A stretch of DNA of 63,083 nucleotides, counting the filler, from Octopus bimaculoides (Eukaryota), in the NCBI RefSeq assembly GCF_001194135.2. It is 4 parts of 3 records of this genome, joined end to end, with 100 filler letters (N's around TTAATTAATTAA, not from the genome) between each part and the next. Parts side by side here need not be neighbours in the genome. Positions count along the whole stretch, not along the records: positions 24,061 to 44,671 come from NC_068988.1; 3 more parts are not named here. One strand, 5' to 3'. The notes below the pieces were generated by a model, which had not been told where the DNA came from, made no database searches, and was given only the letters and a program-made list of their open reading frames with translations. The position numbers and the translations under genes are program-made. Shown here piece by piece: positions 26,690 through 38,789 of this stretch (position 1 is its first letter; the number at the start of each line of letters is the position of its first letter).

Positions 26690-27242
26690 GAATATTTCTA
26701 GTACATTACTTTTCTTTTTAGTTTCGTCCTGGAATATAGATGTGACACTATATTTTGAGCGCTTATGGTTTCAACTGACTAATTTAAACAGCAATTTGGA
26801 AGTATTCATATTGATATATAGAGGGTTCTGCATGCTTTTATCTATTGAATTATAAATAGATAAAAGCATGCAGAACCTTCTATATAGCAATATGGATTCT
26901 TCCAATTTGCTGTTTAAATTAGTCAATTGAAACCGTAAGCGCTCAAAATATAGTGTCACATTGAAGGCGGCGAGCTGGGAGAATCGTTAGCACGCCGGGT
27001 GAAATGCATAACGGTATTTCGTCTGTCTTTATGTTCTGAGTTGAAATTCCGCCGAGGTCGACTTTGCCTTTCATCTTTTCAGGGTCGATAAATGAAGTAC
27101 CAGTTGCATACTGGGGTCCATCTAATCGACTGACCCCTCCCCGCAAAATTTCGGGCCTTGTGCTTAGAGTAGAAAAGAATATAGTGTCACAACTATATTC
27201 CAGGACGAAACTAAAAAGAAAAATAATGCACTAGAAATATTC
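26690..27242. repeat. Long fold-back palindrome interrupted by a SINE
   Basis: 157-nt arms (26690-26846 versus 26855-26960 plus 27192-27242), about 10 mismatches by manual alignment, 8-nt loop. Confidence 0.95.
26961..27177 (+). mobile_element. Full-length SINE family A with 14-bp target-site duplication
   Basis: A-box GAGCTGGGAGAA, B-box-like GAGTTGAAATTCC, Meta-like core; TSD AATATAGTGTCACA at 26947-26960 and 27178-27191. Confidence 0.95.
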
Positions 27243-28006
27243 TGTAGCTTAATTCTTGCTGCTGTTTCTGTCGTTCTCTTTGTTGTTTTAGCCGCTATTC
27301 AACCATGGTCCAGATAACACTTGGTCAACGATATTCCCGCCTACTCTCTCTTTCCTTGGCAGAATATGTAGAAGTAAATCACTAAGTGTGATTACCTTTT
27401 ATTTATATCCGTTGGAAAGTACTTTTAGAGAGAATTAGCTACTATTTCTAGGGTTTCAAATGACCATATGACGGAGTCTTCCTTTGTACAGATTCACAAT
27501 CCCTATTTCCATCCATGTTTGAACAAACAACTCTCAAAACTCAACTGTTTGTTTATTCAGTATCTCTAAGTACTAAAATGTAGAAAAATTTTAATACGAA
27601 ACACGTGGAAGTAGAGAAGAAAAGGAGATTGACAAAGACTTCTAAGGACTTATGGAGATGAGATGCAGTGTAGAATGATGGGTGGAGATAAAGCCAAGCG
27701 TAAGAAGTGGGCTTACGTAGGTTTAGAAGAAATCTTCAAAGTTCCAGTGAGATATACAAAAAGAACGAAGGTAGTGATCGAAAGCTAACGAGTTTTCAAT
27801 TCTTAAAACTAATGGCTACTTTAAGCTGATTACAGTGCGTCTGTCCACTTAAGTTGACATGAGTCGATCGTTAAAATGAACTTTGCTCTGTCAAAACATT
27901 TTATGAACGGATAATTTCAGTTTATTGATTATCCAGTAATTAGCGTTTAAAGCTCAAGATGTGCGGACATTTTCTTCGTACTCATAGCAACCTATTTAAA
28001 GTCTTA

Positions 28007-28066
<60 letters not shown>

Positions 28067-29579
28067 ATCTTCAACCTTGCTCTAATGGTTTGTCGATCTT
28101 TTCTAGTTCTTTTCTTTTATTTTATCACTTTTTTATGCTCTTATTTTTTTGCTCGTATTTCTTCTGTTTAATTATTTATAATTACAAAGTCAATGACGTA
28201 GAAAGAACTACAGTGTCTAGAACTGAATGCCTTAAAGCACAATTTTCTCTTATAAAGTAGAAAATTCAAATCCAATTTCTAATCTCAAATCCCATTATCC
28301 TTAAACCCTGTGTGATTGGATATTAGGGTGCCATTATGATGCTGACCATTATATATGTACTGTTACCGAAAGTAACAAATCATTATTCGTAGTCAAGTTT
28401 AGAGAAGTGACTTGGCACCATTGCTATGGCTGGAAAAGGTGCCCTGCTCACTGTGTTCTGGCTTTTCACATTCTAAATTCAATTCCCACTAAGCCCAACT
28501 GTCATTCTCCCTTTAGCTGCTGATAACCAACTGAACCAATAAAGTAAATGATTCGATGCAAATGATTGTTTCACACCCTTACAATGCAACGAATGGTCCT
28601 CTCATACATGGACCGTTTAGAAAAGAGAACATTCAACCGCTACCAATTCTGTACATTTTTCGCCAGATCTATAGATGACATCCCGATATTAACATAATCT
28701 CTTGAGGAGGCTGTTAAAATACAGAATATTTCGAACAATATTAGCATGAAATTTGAAGTACAACACTAAAATAACACCGATTACTAATGTCTGCTTAATT
28801 TTGAATTCAAAAATCAGAGAATGGATATATCTCCAATAACTTTCACAGGAACGCGGCATGCTCAGTCCGATTTATATACTACAATTTTTCATTGACCATT
28901 AGAGCTAAGAAAGTCCATATCAAAAATAATTAAATGCAGTGAGACAGGAAGGGTAACATTAATACCGTAATAACACCTTATGTAGCAAAACATACACTAC
29001 ATACATTGCTCCGACGACCGATACTATATCTGCGGTCATGTAGTGTACAAAATCAATTTTGGCAAATGTAGTGAATTCTGCATCCGAAGTACCGTCAAAA
29101 AATTTCGGATACGATTTAAAGAATCCCATGTATGCTTCTTCCGTAAGCATGCATATAGGGAAATGCCACAACGAAGACATTAATTTTTCCGTTGAAGCTT
29201 CGAAAAGAAGCATTTGGAAGTCGAAAATAAAAGAGCAATCCGCGAATTTATAACTGATCTGAACTAAATATAGGTAAGTCGCGATAGAGCAACTCAAAAC
29301 AACTCTGCGTACACACAAGCTAGGGAGCAGAGAATTCAGCTATCAACACATATTCTCACCAGATTTCCTGAAGAAATAGTCCCAAAGCTGAAATATTGAA
29401 ATGCAAGGTAATAGTACTCACCATAGACCTGAATTATAACTTTTTTTATTACATAAGTGGAACAAAATTAAATTTTGAATAAAAATCAGCTCAGTAATGT
29501 AAACATTATCGGTGTCATTTCCACAGTGCATGTGTTTTGTTCATACACCTATTAGCTGCGATATAGCGTGCTGAGGAAC

Positions 29580-29745
29580 GTTTCTTCATATGCCGATTCT
29601 TAAACAAAAAGAGAAAACACTAAGTATCTCAGCCCAACCGAAAAGCAAGACACAATTTCTATGTGACACCTGCAATGCTTACCTTATTAGACATGCTTTA
29701 AAGTCAAAATACCAACATGACTACCTAAACTCAGTATTTTTAGCG
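29580..29745 (+). mobile_element. Possible piggyBac C-terminal cysteine-rich domain relic
   Basis: HMPILKQ...KSKTQFLCDTCNAYL resembles the K/R-T-x-x-x-C-x-x-C-x-x-x-L motif of piggyBac transposases. Confidence 0.4.
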
Positions 29746-29904
29746 GGACAACACTTTATGTATGCATCAACCTGACACGACGCAGGCTGCAAAAAGCGAT
29801 GCAATACAATAAGGTGCACAACATCCCACCCATAAAGGACAGTCGCAGGATGGGTTGAAACGATCGTCGTCAGGAATATAGACTAATACCAAATACATCT
29901 ATTT

Positions 29905-30025
29905 CATTAATCGATTATTATCTCAAATAACACAGCAGGATTCCTGAAGTAGATCCAATTGCAGATGACACCAGGTATCTCAAAGTGTGTTGGTGCTTTA
30001 CTCAAGACACCGATACACTAATTGA
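29905..30025 (+). repeat. Unclassified dispersed repeat (second copy near 44125-44275)
   Basis: Shared blocks TTCCTGAAGYAGATCCAA and AAAGTGTGYYGGTGCTTTACTCAA...ACACTAATYGA in both copies. Confidence 0.7.
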
Positions 30026-30110
30026 CATATACCCATAAGTTAAAAAATTACATAATTATATATATATATATATATACAAGAAATGAGGGCAGGGAATCGT
30101 CTTATATTTA

Positions 30111-30151
<41 letters not shown>

Positions 30152-31694
30152 TATATATATATATGTGTACATATAAGTATGTATATATACGCATACATAA
30201 ATGCACATATACACATACATGCAAACATATATGTATGTGCGATGTGTATGAGCGCGCGCCGTATGCGTTAAGTAATATTTATTTATCAGTTATGTTTATT
30301 CCATGATCAGCGTTTAGTGCATTTGAGAGATCATGGTCATCTAGGATCCTGATCATAAATAACAAATTAATGGAAAGAACGTCTGAAGCAGACATCCTGA
30401 TGTGAAGTTGAGCAGGACTATTAATTTCATGTTGCTCCAGCTATTACATTCGCAGTGCCTTACCTGGATCAAAAAGGGTGTGGGAGAAACGCAGTTTCTG
30501 CTCTGCTCACGATGCCTAAAGCAACTTGCGAAATTGAGGTACCTTGTAATAGGCCATATTCGTTTGCGAGTGACTGCCTATGAAACTTCAAATCTACACA
30601 GAGTTAACTAAATTTCTATTTTTCTATGGAGGCAAATATTTTCCCATTTCTACACAGAGGCAAGTCTAATAATTTCCTAACATCGTAGTCGAATAATTTC
30701 CCCTACATATACAACACAGAAAAGTACAAAATTGTTTGCTCTTCATCTTTCACAGCATTTTTTTCTTTTTCTTATGCTACTTGTGCACACGTAAACGCGG
30801 ACATGCACGAAGAGTAAATAAATCATCCACGATGTAAAATTTATTATATTTTTTTTATCACTCAATTTTCTTTTTACCTTTCCGTATGTTCCTTTCACTC
30901 AAATTCTGTCACTCTTTCTTTCTCTCACTCTCTGTCTGGTTGTCACTCTCTCTTTCTCTCTCTCGCTCATTTTTTCAATCTTTCTTTATGTTTCTATCTG
31001 TCTATGAATTATATACTTAATAGCGTGCATTTTTGCATGCATGGATACAAGCACACGCACAAATGCACACGCACACCGAAAATACATGTGCACGTGCATT
31101 ATCAAAAATCTGTTTGAAATCTAAATCTAATGCATTTTCTCATACATACATACATACATGAATGCATACATATGCATATGTATACAAACATGTGAATATA
31201 TATGTAAGCACGTGTATCAGTGTGTGAGTTTGTGTGCGCATTTAACATCTCTCCTGCCTTTTACTAGACTTCTATACATTACTTCACTCACTCCCTCTCT
31301 CTCATATTCTCTCTCTCTCTCTCTATCTTTTTCTCTCGTCCTCCCGATTTTTTTTCTTTTCCTATAGTTGCTCCCTTTCATGCAGAAATTTGAATAATGT
31401 TCCTTTTGATTTATTATTATTTTTTTTTTTGCTTGTAATCGACCTACTTATATTTATTTCGTTTTTTTTTTTATAAGTCTCTTTTCTATATCTCTACGAC
31501 AGCGATTCTTGCAGAGATCACAGAAGTCGTTTATGATAAGTAAATAGATTGTTCATATACTTTATTCTAGAGATGTAAAAATCGCGAAATGTGAAAGCTA
31601 AGACATTCAGGTAAATTAATTAGGTAAGAGAATCGCAGCCGTAGTAGCGTCAGCAGCCGTGACAGCCGCAACAGTATTGGTAGTAGTAGAAGTA

Positions 31695-31800
31695 GGATGA
31701 CGGACAAAGTCGACCTCGGCGGAATTCGAACTCAGAACGTGAAGACGTAGAAAATAACGCTAAGGATTTTGCCCGGCGTTCTAACGATTCTGCCAGCTTG
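31695..31800 (-). mobile_element. SINE family A 5' half
   Basis: CAAAGTCGACCTCGGCGGAATTCGAACTCAGAACG...GATTCTGCCAGCT. Confidence 0.9.
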
Positions 31801-31850
31801 CAGTTTTAAATAAGGAAATAATATTAGGTGTGTTCACGTAGCGTTTGATT

Positions 31851-32161
31851 TTTTTTATGCGCTCTTTTAAAGTTTAGCCTGGCTCACGGGCCCGGTTTCC
31901 CGGTTTCTATGGCGTATGTGTTCTCCCCTGCTGGACGGGGCGCCAGTCCTTCGCAATGTTACTCAAGAAACAGGAAGAAAGAGTGAGAGAAAGTTGTGGT
32001 GGAAGAGTACAGCAGGGTTCGCCACCATCTCCTGCCGGAGCCTCGTGGATCTTTAGGTGTTTTCGCTCAATAAACACTCACAAAGCCCGGTCTGGGAATC
32101 GAAACCGTGATCCTGCGACTGCGAGCCCGCTGCCCTAACCACTGGGCCATTGCGCCTCCAC
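31851..32161 (-). mobile_element. Full-length tRNA-derived SINE, family E, with 11-bp TSD
   Basis: Minus head GGAGGCGCAATGGCCCAGTGGTTAGGGCAGCGG...GGTTTCGATTCCC; A-tail at 31851; TSD AGCGTTTGATT at 31840-31850 and 32162-32172. Confidence 0.92.
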
Positions 32162-32332
32162 AGCGTTTGATTACACTGAGCATATCTGTTCTGAGTTGCA
32201 TTGAGATATTTAATGTTTTGAATGTTGCAATACATGTAGTTTGAGACCACTTTGCCCATGCGACAATATCACCAAAAACTAAAAGAGCCCAAAAAGCGTT
32301 GAAGTAACGAATGGCAGCTGATCCAAACCTTC

Positions 32333-32511
32333 GGCGCAGATGTGGCTGTGTGGTAAGAAATTTGGTTCCAAACTACATGTATTCCGAGTTCATTCTCACT
32401 GCGTTACAACTTGAACAAGTATCTTGTACTATAGTCACTGGCCAACCAAAGCCTTGTGAGTGGATTTCCTTGACGAAAACTGAAAGAACTCCGTAGTAAG
32501 AAGCCCGTCGT

Positions 32512-32513
<2 letters not shown>
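32333..32513 (+). mobile_element. SINE family B
   Basis: GGCGCAGATGTGGCTGTGTGGTAAG...CCAAAGCCTTGTGAGTGGATTT...GAAGCCCGTCG. Confidence 0.9.
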
Positions 32514-32564
<51 letters not shown>

Positions 32565-33688
32565 GTACATAGTCGTATATATATAAATGTGCGTGTGAAT
32601 ATTTTGTATGTATGTGTGTGCCTGCGCGCATGTGTGTATATGAGTACGTACATGTATGCATGCAAATGTGTGTATGTTTGTATTAGATTAGTCTTTACAC
32701 AGAACATTATAACAGCTCTGATCTGTCCACCAAGCCAATATCTACTACTTTTGACGATAATTCCTTGCATCTGTAACGCTATGTTTATTATTTCTCAATC
32801 TATATACCAATAAATATCTGTGCATCGCTTAAGACTTCTATACAACTAGTTATCTGACACTCTCTCTCTCCTTCAACCTCTCTCTCTCTTTCAACTTCTC
32901 TCTCTTCCTTCGCCTCTCTATCTATATATATGTGTGTGTGTGAGTGTGTGTGTGTACGTGTGCGTGTACGAGTGTTCGTAGTGAACCTATCATTAATTTT
33001 CTATTACATATTCTTCTCCGTTTTCACTTATATCTTACCATTTTCTTTGCTATTCCTCTGTATATCTACCTCATCTCCTTAACCACATCTGCCTCTCTTA
33101 CTTTCTCTCACATTTTCTTTTCCGTTCTTCTTTTCTTTATCTTGATATCTCCCTATCTTTGATGTTCAATGTCATTGTAGATGAATCACAAACAGACACA
33201 TCCTTAGGGAATGCCCTCTACAAACATATCGATCATAGCAAGATAAAGACTCAAATAATTAGGTCATCAGGTATTTTTCTGCTCTAGCTTGTCTTTGAAG
33301 TGATCAGACGTTTACTTCCTGAACACCTCCGCCTATCGATACAGCTGGTGTAGCAGTTATTGGAAATAATTTACTTTCAAACAGAAACAGAACGAAAAAT
33401 GAATTCAAAGAAACGAAATTACAAGAACACGAAGCAAAAACAAATGTATTTCATTGAAAAAGTAAAAAGATTAAAAACTATATGTGATGCATTCTTGTGA
33501 CTGTCTTTGACTGTAAGCAGAATATATGGATACATATAGTTGTATCTATATCACTATATGTAAGAATATACGAATAAGGAATAAATATATGTCAAGTAAA
33601 TACATATTATAGTAAATTCTTTATAACACACGCGCACACCTGCATGCACACACTCATATATATTTAGATATTCTTCACATATATATAT

Positions 33689-33850
33689 GTGGAGTTGCGT
33701 GGCTTAGTGGTTGGTGTGTGCACACATAATCGTAAGATTTTTAGTATATATTCCTGGAACGGGGGATATTTCATTTGTCCACTCAGCTGACAAAGATAAG
33801 AAATCCTATGATGGACCGACGTTTTGTCCGTGGTCCCGTCGTCCCGTTTT
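33689..33850 (+). mobile_element. Degenerate SINE, family D-like
   Basis: GCGTGGCTTAGTGGTT head and GTCCACTCAGCTG block shared with 2643-2899. Confidence 0.6.
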
Positions 33851-34589
33851 TGGTCGGTATCCTGTCAAATGGCAGTTGGTAATATATTCGCCACAGAATC
33901 TGTAAACCAGTTTTAGGAGCCTACGGCTCTGGAAGGGCCTTTTATTCTTCACACACACGTACACACACTCACACATATCTATATATATATATATATATAT
34001 CTATATATATGCACACACACACAGATATTTACATTAGGACCATAAAGCACGCGGCTCAGTGATACTGCATAGCATCGTAGGAAAATATCATCCTACAACC
34101 GCGATTGACCCATACTTTATGAGTAAAATTATGTTTACAGAGACTGCTTGTATCTTTCGTTACATTGATGATACCTATTATTCAAAATTTCAGTTTTATA
34201 GATAATTACTGAGGTCGACTTTTTCAAAGAAATCCTTCACGATTGCGCACCGATATGCCACAGTCAAGCGAGTGAAAGCAATTAGAGATAAAGTAATCGA
34301 GATTCATTTAACACAAAATGTGTCGTAATACAAGGTTGCTAATGTTATGTAATATATTCTAATGTTTAAAATACTAAGTTAACCTATAGCTGTTCAGATT
34401 GTGAAAGTTGCGCATTAAAGACTGACACAAAGCTTTCAGTCTTATTATAATATATATATGTATGCAACAAAACTGTAATTTTATAATATTAACGTTACTT
34501 TTTAATGTTGAATGATTTCTTCTGCTTATTCATATGTGATGAATATTCAGTAGAACAAAGTACCAAAATGAGGAAATCGAGAAAAATTG

Positions 34590-34750
34590 TTCAAGTAGTT
34601 GTGTGGGTAAGACTTTCGCTTACCAACCATGTGGTTCAAGGTTCCACCCCACAGCATGGAATCTTGGGATACTGTCTGCTACTATCGCCAAGGACCTGTC
34701 AAAGCGTTTGAGTGAAATTGAAAGATGGAAATTAAAAACAACGCGTCATC
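34590..34750 (+). mobile_element. Degenerate SINE family B
   Basis: GTGTGGGTAAGAC...GTGGTTCAAGGTTCCACCCC...CAAAGCGTTTGAGTGAAATTG. Confidence 0.7.
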
Positions 34751-35310
34751 TATATATGTATATGTCTTAATATTATATATCAGATTGTTATTTGCACCAC
34801 GTAAGGTGATATCAGGAGTGAATATTCACAGATTTGTTTTTGATACGTAATTGCAGATTCATATGCAAAATATGCTAATCGCTGTTGTGAATGTCAAAGG
34901 AGAAAAAGCATCCCTTATTTATGACAAGAGTGAGTCCAACATACACTAGTCTTATTCGCGCAGAGCATTGTGAAATACCCGTGTTTCGACATGTATCTTG
35001 TCGACCAAAGGTACTCCGGACATTTAAGTCCAGCCAAACCACTGTCTTTGTTTATACTTTTAGCGAGCAGATTGTTTGCTGATCGCTGCTTAAGTCTACC
35101 AACCGATATAACATCATTGTTTGCACCGTGTAAAGCGAGACCTGTATACTTATTCGTAATACATCTATGCAGGTTTATGTGTGAATTGTGATAGCCTTTG
35201 TCGAGCGCGCCTAAAGAGAAAAACTACTCACTTGTATGAAGATAGTGTGTTTAATATAATCGACCACGTGTATATATGTATGGGCGTGTACGTGTATGTG
35301 TGTGTGTGTG

Positions 35311-35510
35311 TTATTTCTTTACTACCCACAAGGGGATACACACAGAGGGGACAAACAAGGACAGACAAACGGATTAAGTCGATTACGTCGACCCCAGTTC
35401 GTAACTGGTACTTATTTAATCGACTCCGAAAGGATGAAAGGCAAAGTCGACCTCGGCGGAATTTCAACTCAGAACGTAGCGGCAGACGAAATACCGTTAA
35501 GCATTTCGCC
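35311..35510 (-). mobile_element. SINE family A (runs into gap)
   Basis: Reverse complement of 5531-5722 including tail. Confidence 0.9.
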
Positions 35511-37187
35511 NNNNNNNNNNNNNNNNNNNNNNNNNNNNNNNNNNNNNNNNNNNNNNNNNNNNNNNNNNNNNNNNNNNNNNNNNNNNNNNNNNNNNNNNNN
35601 NNNNNNNNNNNNNNNNNNNNNNNNNNNNNNNNNNNNNNNNNNNNNNNNNNNNNNNNNNNNNNNNNNNNNNNNNNNNNNNNNNNNNNNNNNNNNNNNNNNN
35701 NNNNNNNNNNNNNNNNNNNNNNNNNNNNNNNNNNNNNNNNNNNNNNNNNNNNNNNNNNNNNNNNNNNNNNNNNNNNNNNNNNNNNNNNNNNNNNNNNNNN
35801 NNNNNNNNNNNNNNNNNNNNNNNNNNNNNNNNNNNNNNNNNNNNNNNNNNNNNNNNNNNNNNNNNNNNNNNNNNNNNNNNNNNNNNNNNNNNNNNNNNNN
35901 NNNNNNNNNNNNNNNNNNNNNNNNNNNNAGTAAATAGATTTAAAATAATTATATTTGATGTATGGCCAAAATATGGTAGATTAATGATATACATCATAGG
36001 TATTGGTGAAAACTTACACCATTCATACTAAATTTATATTTCATTGCGAAATTTATTATGTGATTTCATTCCACTCTTAAAAAAGAAAAGCAACTATTGT
36101 TTGAAATATGTAGCAAAATCGCCATTTACTACTGAATAAGTTGACTCATCAATGCCCCCCTGATATGATAACAAATGCTGCACCGTCATGAAAGCCAGTT
36201 GTATCTGCTGCATCAGTTAAACTACTTCAAAGAGATCTATCCTTTTGATGTAGTGCCTTAATCCCAATTTTATGTAGGAGTGGGGGCTACAAGCACGTCG
36301 ATTGTAGTTCCATAGTAGTATTTATCTATTTCACATATTTGGAGAAAAACGGGAGTCGGAGAGCAACTCATTTGAATATATTCAACACCGTGTAGCGTTC
36401 TGATCACTGAGAATATTCATAACAATCCAAACAATCTCGATTTGAGTTTGATGTGGAGGAGGAGAGGGCGGAAGAAGGGAATGGTGATGACGGAGGCGGG
36501 GAGGATAGTAATAGAATATTTCTACATATATAAGTGCTTTTAGTAAAAAAGATAACACGGTGCATTTCAAACAAAGTCCTTCATTTTCTTTATTATGCGC
36601 TCAAAATAATATCTATTCTGCCATTCTAACTATAAAAATATAGTGACCAGTGATTTTCTTGATGGAAATGTATACTTAATGGCGTTATTTTCCAACTTTC
36701 AGTTATAATATAAATACAATATAACAGCAAGCGTTAATATGAAAATATACTCAATTTAAGAATAATTGAACAAAATCTTGCTTTAAAAATTCTCTGTAAG
36801 ATAAATTATGTTTACACGGACGTCATTGCTGTAACTTGATAAGGAAATCTCTACACATCCTTCTAATATACAAAAATATGTATATACACAAATGCATCCC
36901 TAGTTGGATAGAGTTGCAAATGTGAAAGGTACTGAAATGAATCAACAAGAGACAGAATATAGGAAAAGGAAGAAATAAGCAACATTTTCCTAATATATTG
37001 ATGTATACATGAAAATTATATAGCATACTTAGAGATATAGAAATGCGCACATATATTTACTTACAGGCTTGCATAAATGCAAATATATAAATAAAAAAGC
37101 TTTACATATATAAAACTATGTGTGTGTGTTTGTTTGCGTGCGTGAACGTGGGTATGTACGTATGCATATACGTTAGAGCATATTGGC

Positions 37188-37225
<38 letters not shown>

Positions 37226-37979
37226 TTATATATATAAATGTATATCGATATATAAGTGTGTGTGTGTGTATAAAGCAAGAACATGTACGCGAGCGATAGA
37301 GAGAGAAGAAGAGAGAAAGAGAGCATTCAAAGAAAGAGGAAGTGTAATTGAAAACAGGTTCGATGGTTGGGTGAGAGAAGAACAAAGGCCAAGCGANNNN
37401 NNNNNNNNNNNNNNNNNNNNNNNNNNNNNNNNNNNNNNNNNNNNNNNNNNNNNNNNNNNNNNNNNNNNNNNNNNNNNNNNNNNNNNNNNNNNNNNNNNNN
37501 NNNNNNNNNNNNNNNNNNNNNNNNNNNNNNNNNNNNNNNNNNNNNNNNNNNNNNNNNNNNNNNNNNNNNNNNNNNNNNNNNNNNNNNNNNNNNNNNNNNN
37601 NNNNNNNNNNNNNNNNNNNNNNNNNNNNNNNNNNNNNNNNNNNNNNNNNNNNNNNNNNNNNNNNNNNNNNNNNNNNNNNNNNNNNNNNNNNNNNNNNNNN
37701 NNNNNNNNNNNNNNNNNNNNNNNNNNNNNNNNNNNNNNNNNNNNNNNNNNNNNNNNNNNNNNNNNNNNNNNNNNNNNNNNNNNNNNNNNNNNNNNNNNNN
37801 NNNNNNNNNNNNNNNNNNNNNNNNNNNNNNNNNNNNNNNNNNNNNNNNNNNNNNNNNNNNNNNNNNNNNNNNNNNNNNNNNNNNNNNNNNNNNNNNNNNN
37901 NNNNNNNNNNNNNNNNNNNNNNNNNNNNNNNNNNNNNNNNNNNNNNNNNNNNNNNNNNNNNNNNNNNNNNNNNNNNNNN

Positions 37980-38012
<33 letters not shown>

Positions 38013-38195
38013 TGCATGCATATGTTTCTGTCTATGTATACGTTCGTAATGGTATGAGTATGTAGTTTTACGTCATTCTTTAATGCAACGAATAAAGAAA
38101 AAGATCTCTATTCATACATACATAAACGTATAGATGAACGTGTGTATATATGTGCATGTATGTGTGTGTGTGTTTGTGTGTGTGCGTATGTGTGT

Positions 38196-38227
<32 letters not shown>

Positions 38228-38338
38228 TAGCAATTTCACAGATGATCTGAGAGTAATGCGAATCTACATTAAGCACTTCAATCTTTCCTTCCTACTACAA
38301 AAATAAAACGAAGAACAGCAGGTACTACTACTACTGCT

Positions 38339-38394
38339 GCTGCTGCTGCTACTACTACCACTACTAGCTATTGCTGCTGTTGCTGCTGCTGCTA

Positions 38395-38432
<38 letters not shown>

Positions 38433-38500
38433 GACTACGACTACGACTACTACTACCACTACTACCGCTGCTGCTGCTGCTGCTGCTACTACTACTGACA
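38339..38500. repeat. Compound (CTA)n/(CTG)n/(CGA)n trinucleotide array
   Basis: Direct reading; source of the poly-T/poly-A ORF 38371..38688. Confidence 0.95.
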
Positions 38501-38729
38501 CTGCACTGCTGCAGGTACATCTGCTAATGTTGTGCTATAATGACCATTCACATCAAAACCTACAACATCAAAAACAAATGTACCAAATTCTTTCGCAAGA
38601 CAGCAATTTTACACCAAAGCCAGTATTACATATTTTAACGGAAACTTCGGCCTCGGTGGATTTAGAACTTGGGACATATATTTTATAGCCTGGTGCATAA
38701 ATGATTCTACCAGCTCACTGCTTTGCAAT

Positions 38730-38762
<33 letters not shown>

Positions 38763-38789
38763 AATAATATTGATGACAACAATAATAAA

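Noticed and set aside
29771-29872. Hairpin containing GAAACGATCGTC, like a hammerhead stem III with palindromic loop
   Set aside because: No CTGANGA core correctly placed before the candidate stem II.
32085-32161. tRNA gene
   Set aside because: A/B boxes are present but there is no acceptor stem or proper cloverleaf; it is the head of a TSD-flanked SINE.
33288-33347. Candidate 60-nt plus-strand exon LVFEVIRRLLPEHLRLSIQL
   Set aside because: Good acceptor but weak donor (GTGTAG) and no recognisable homology.
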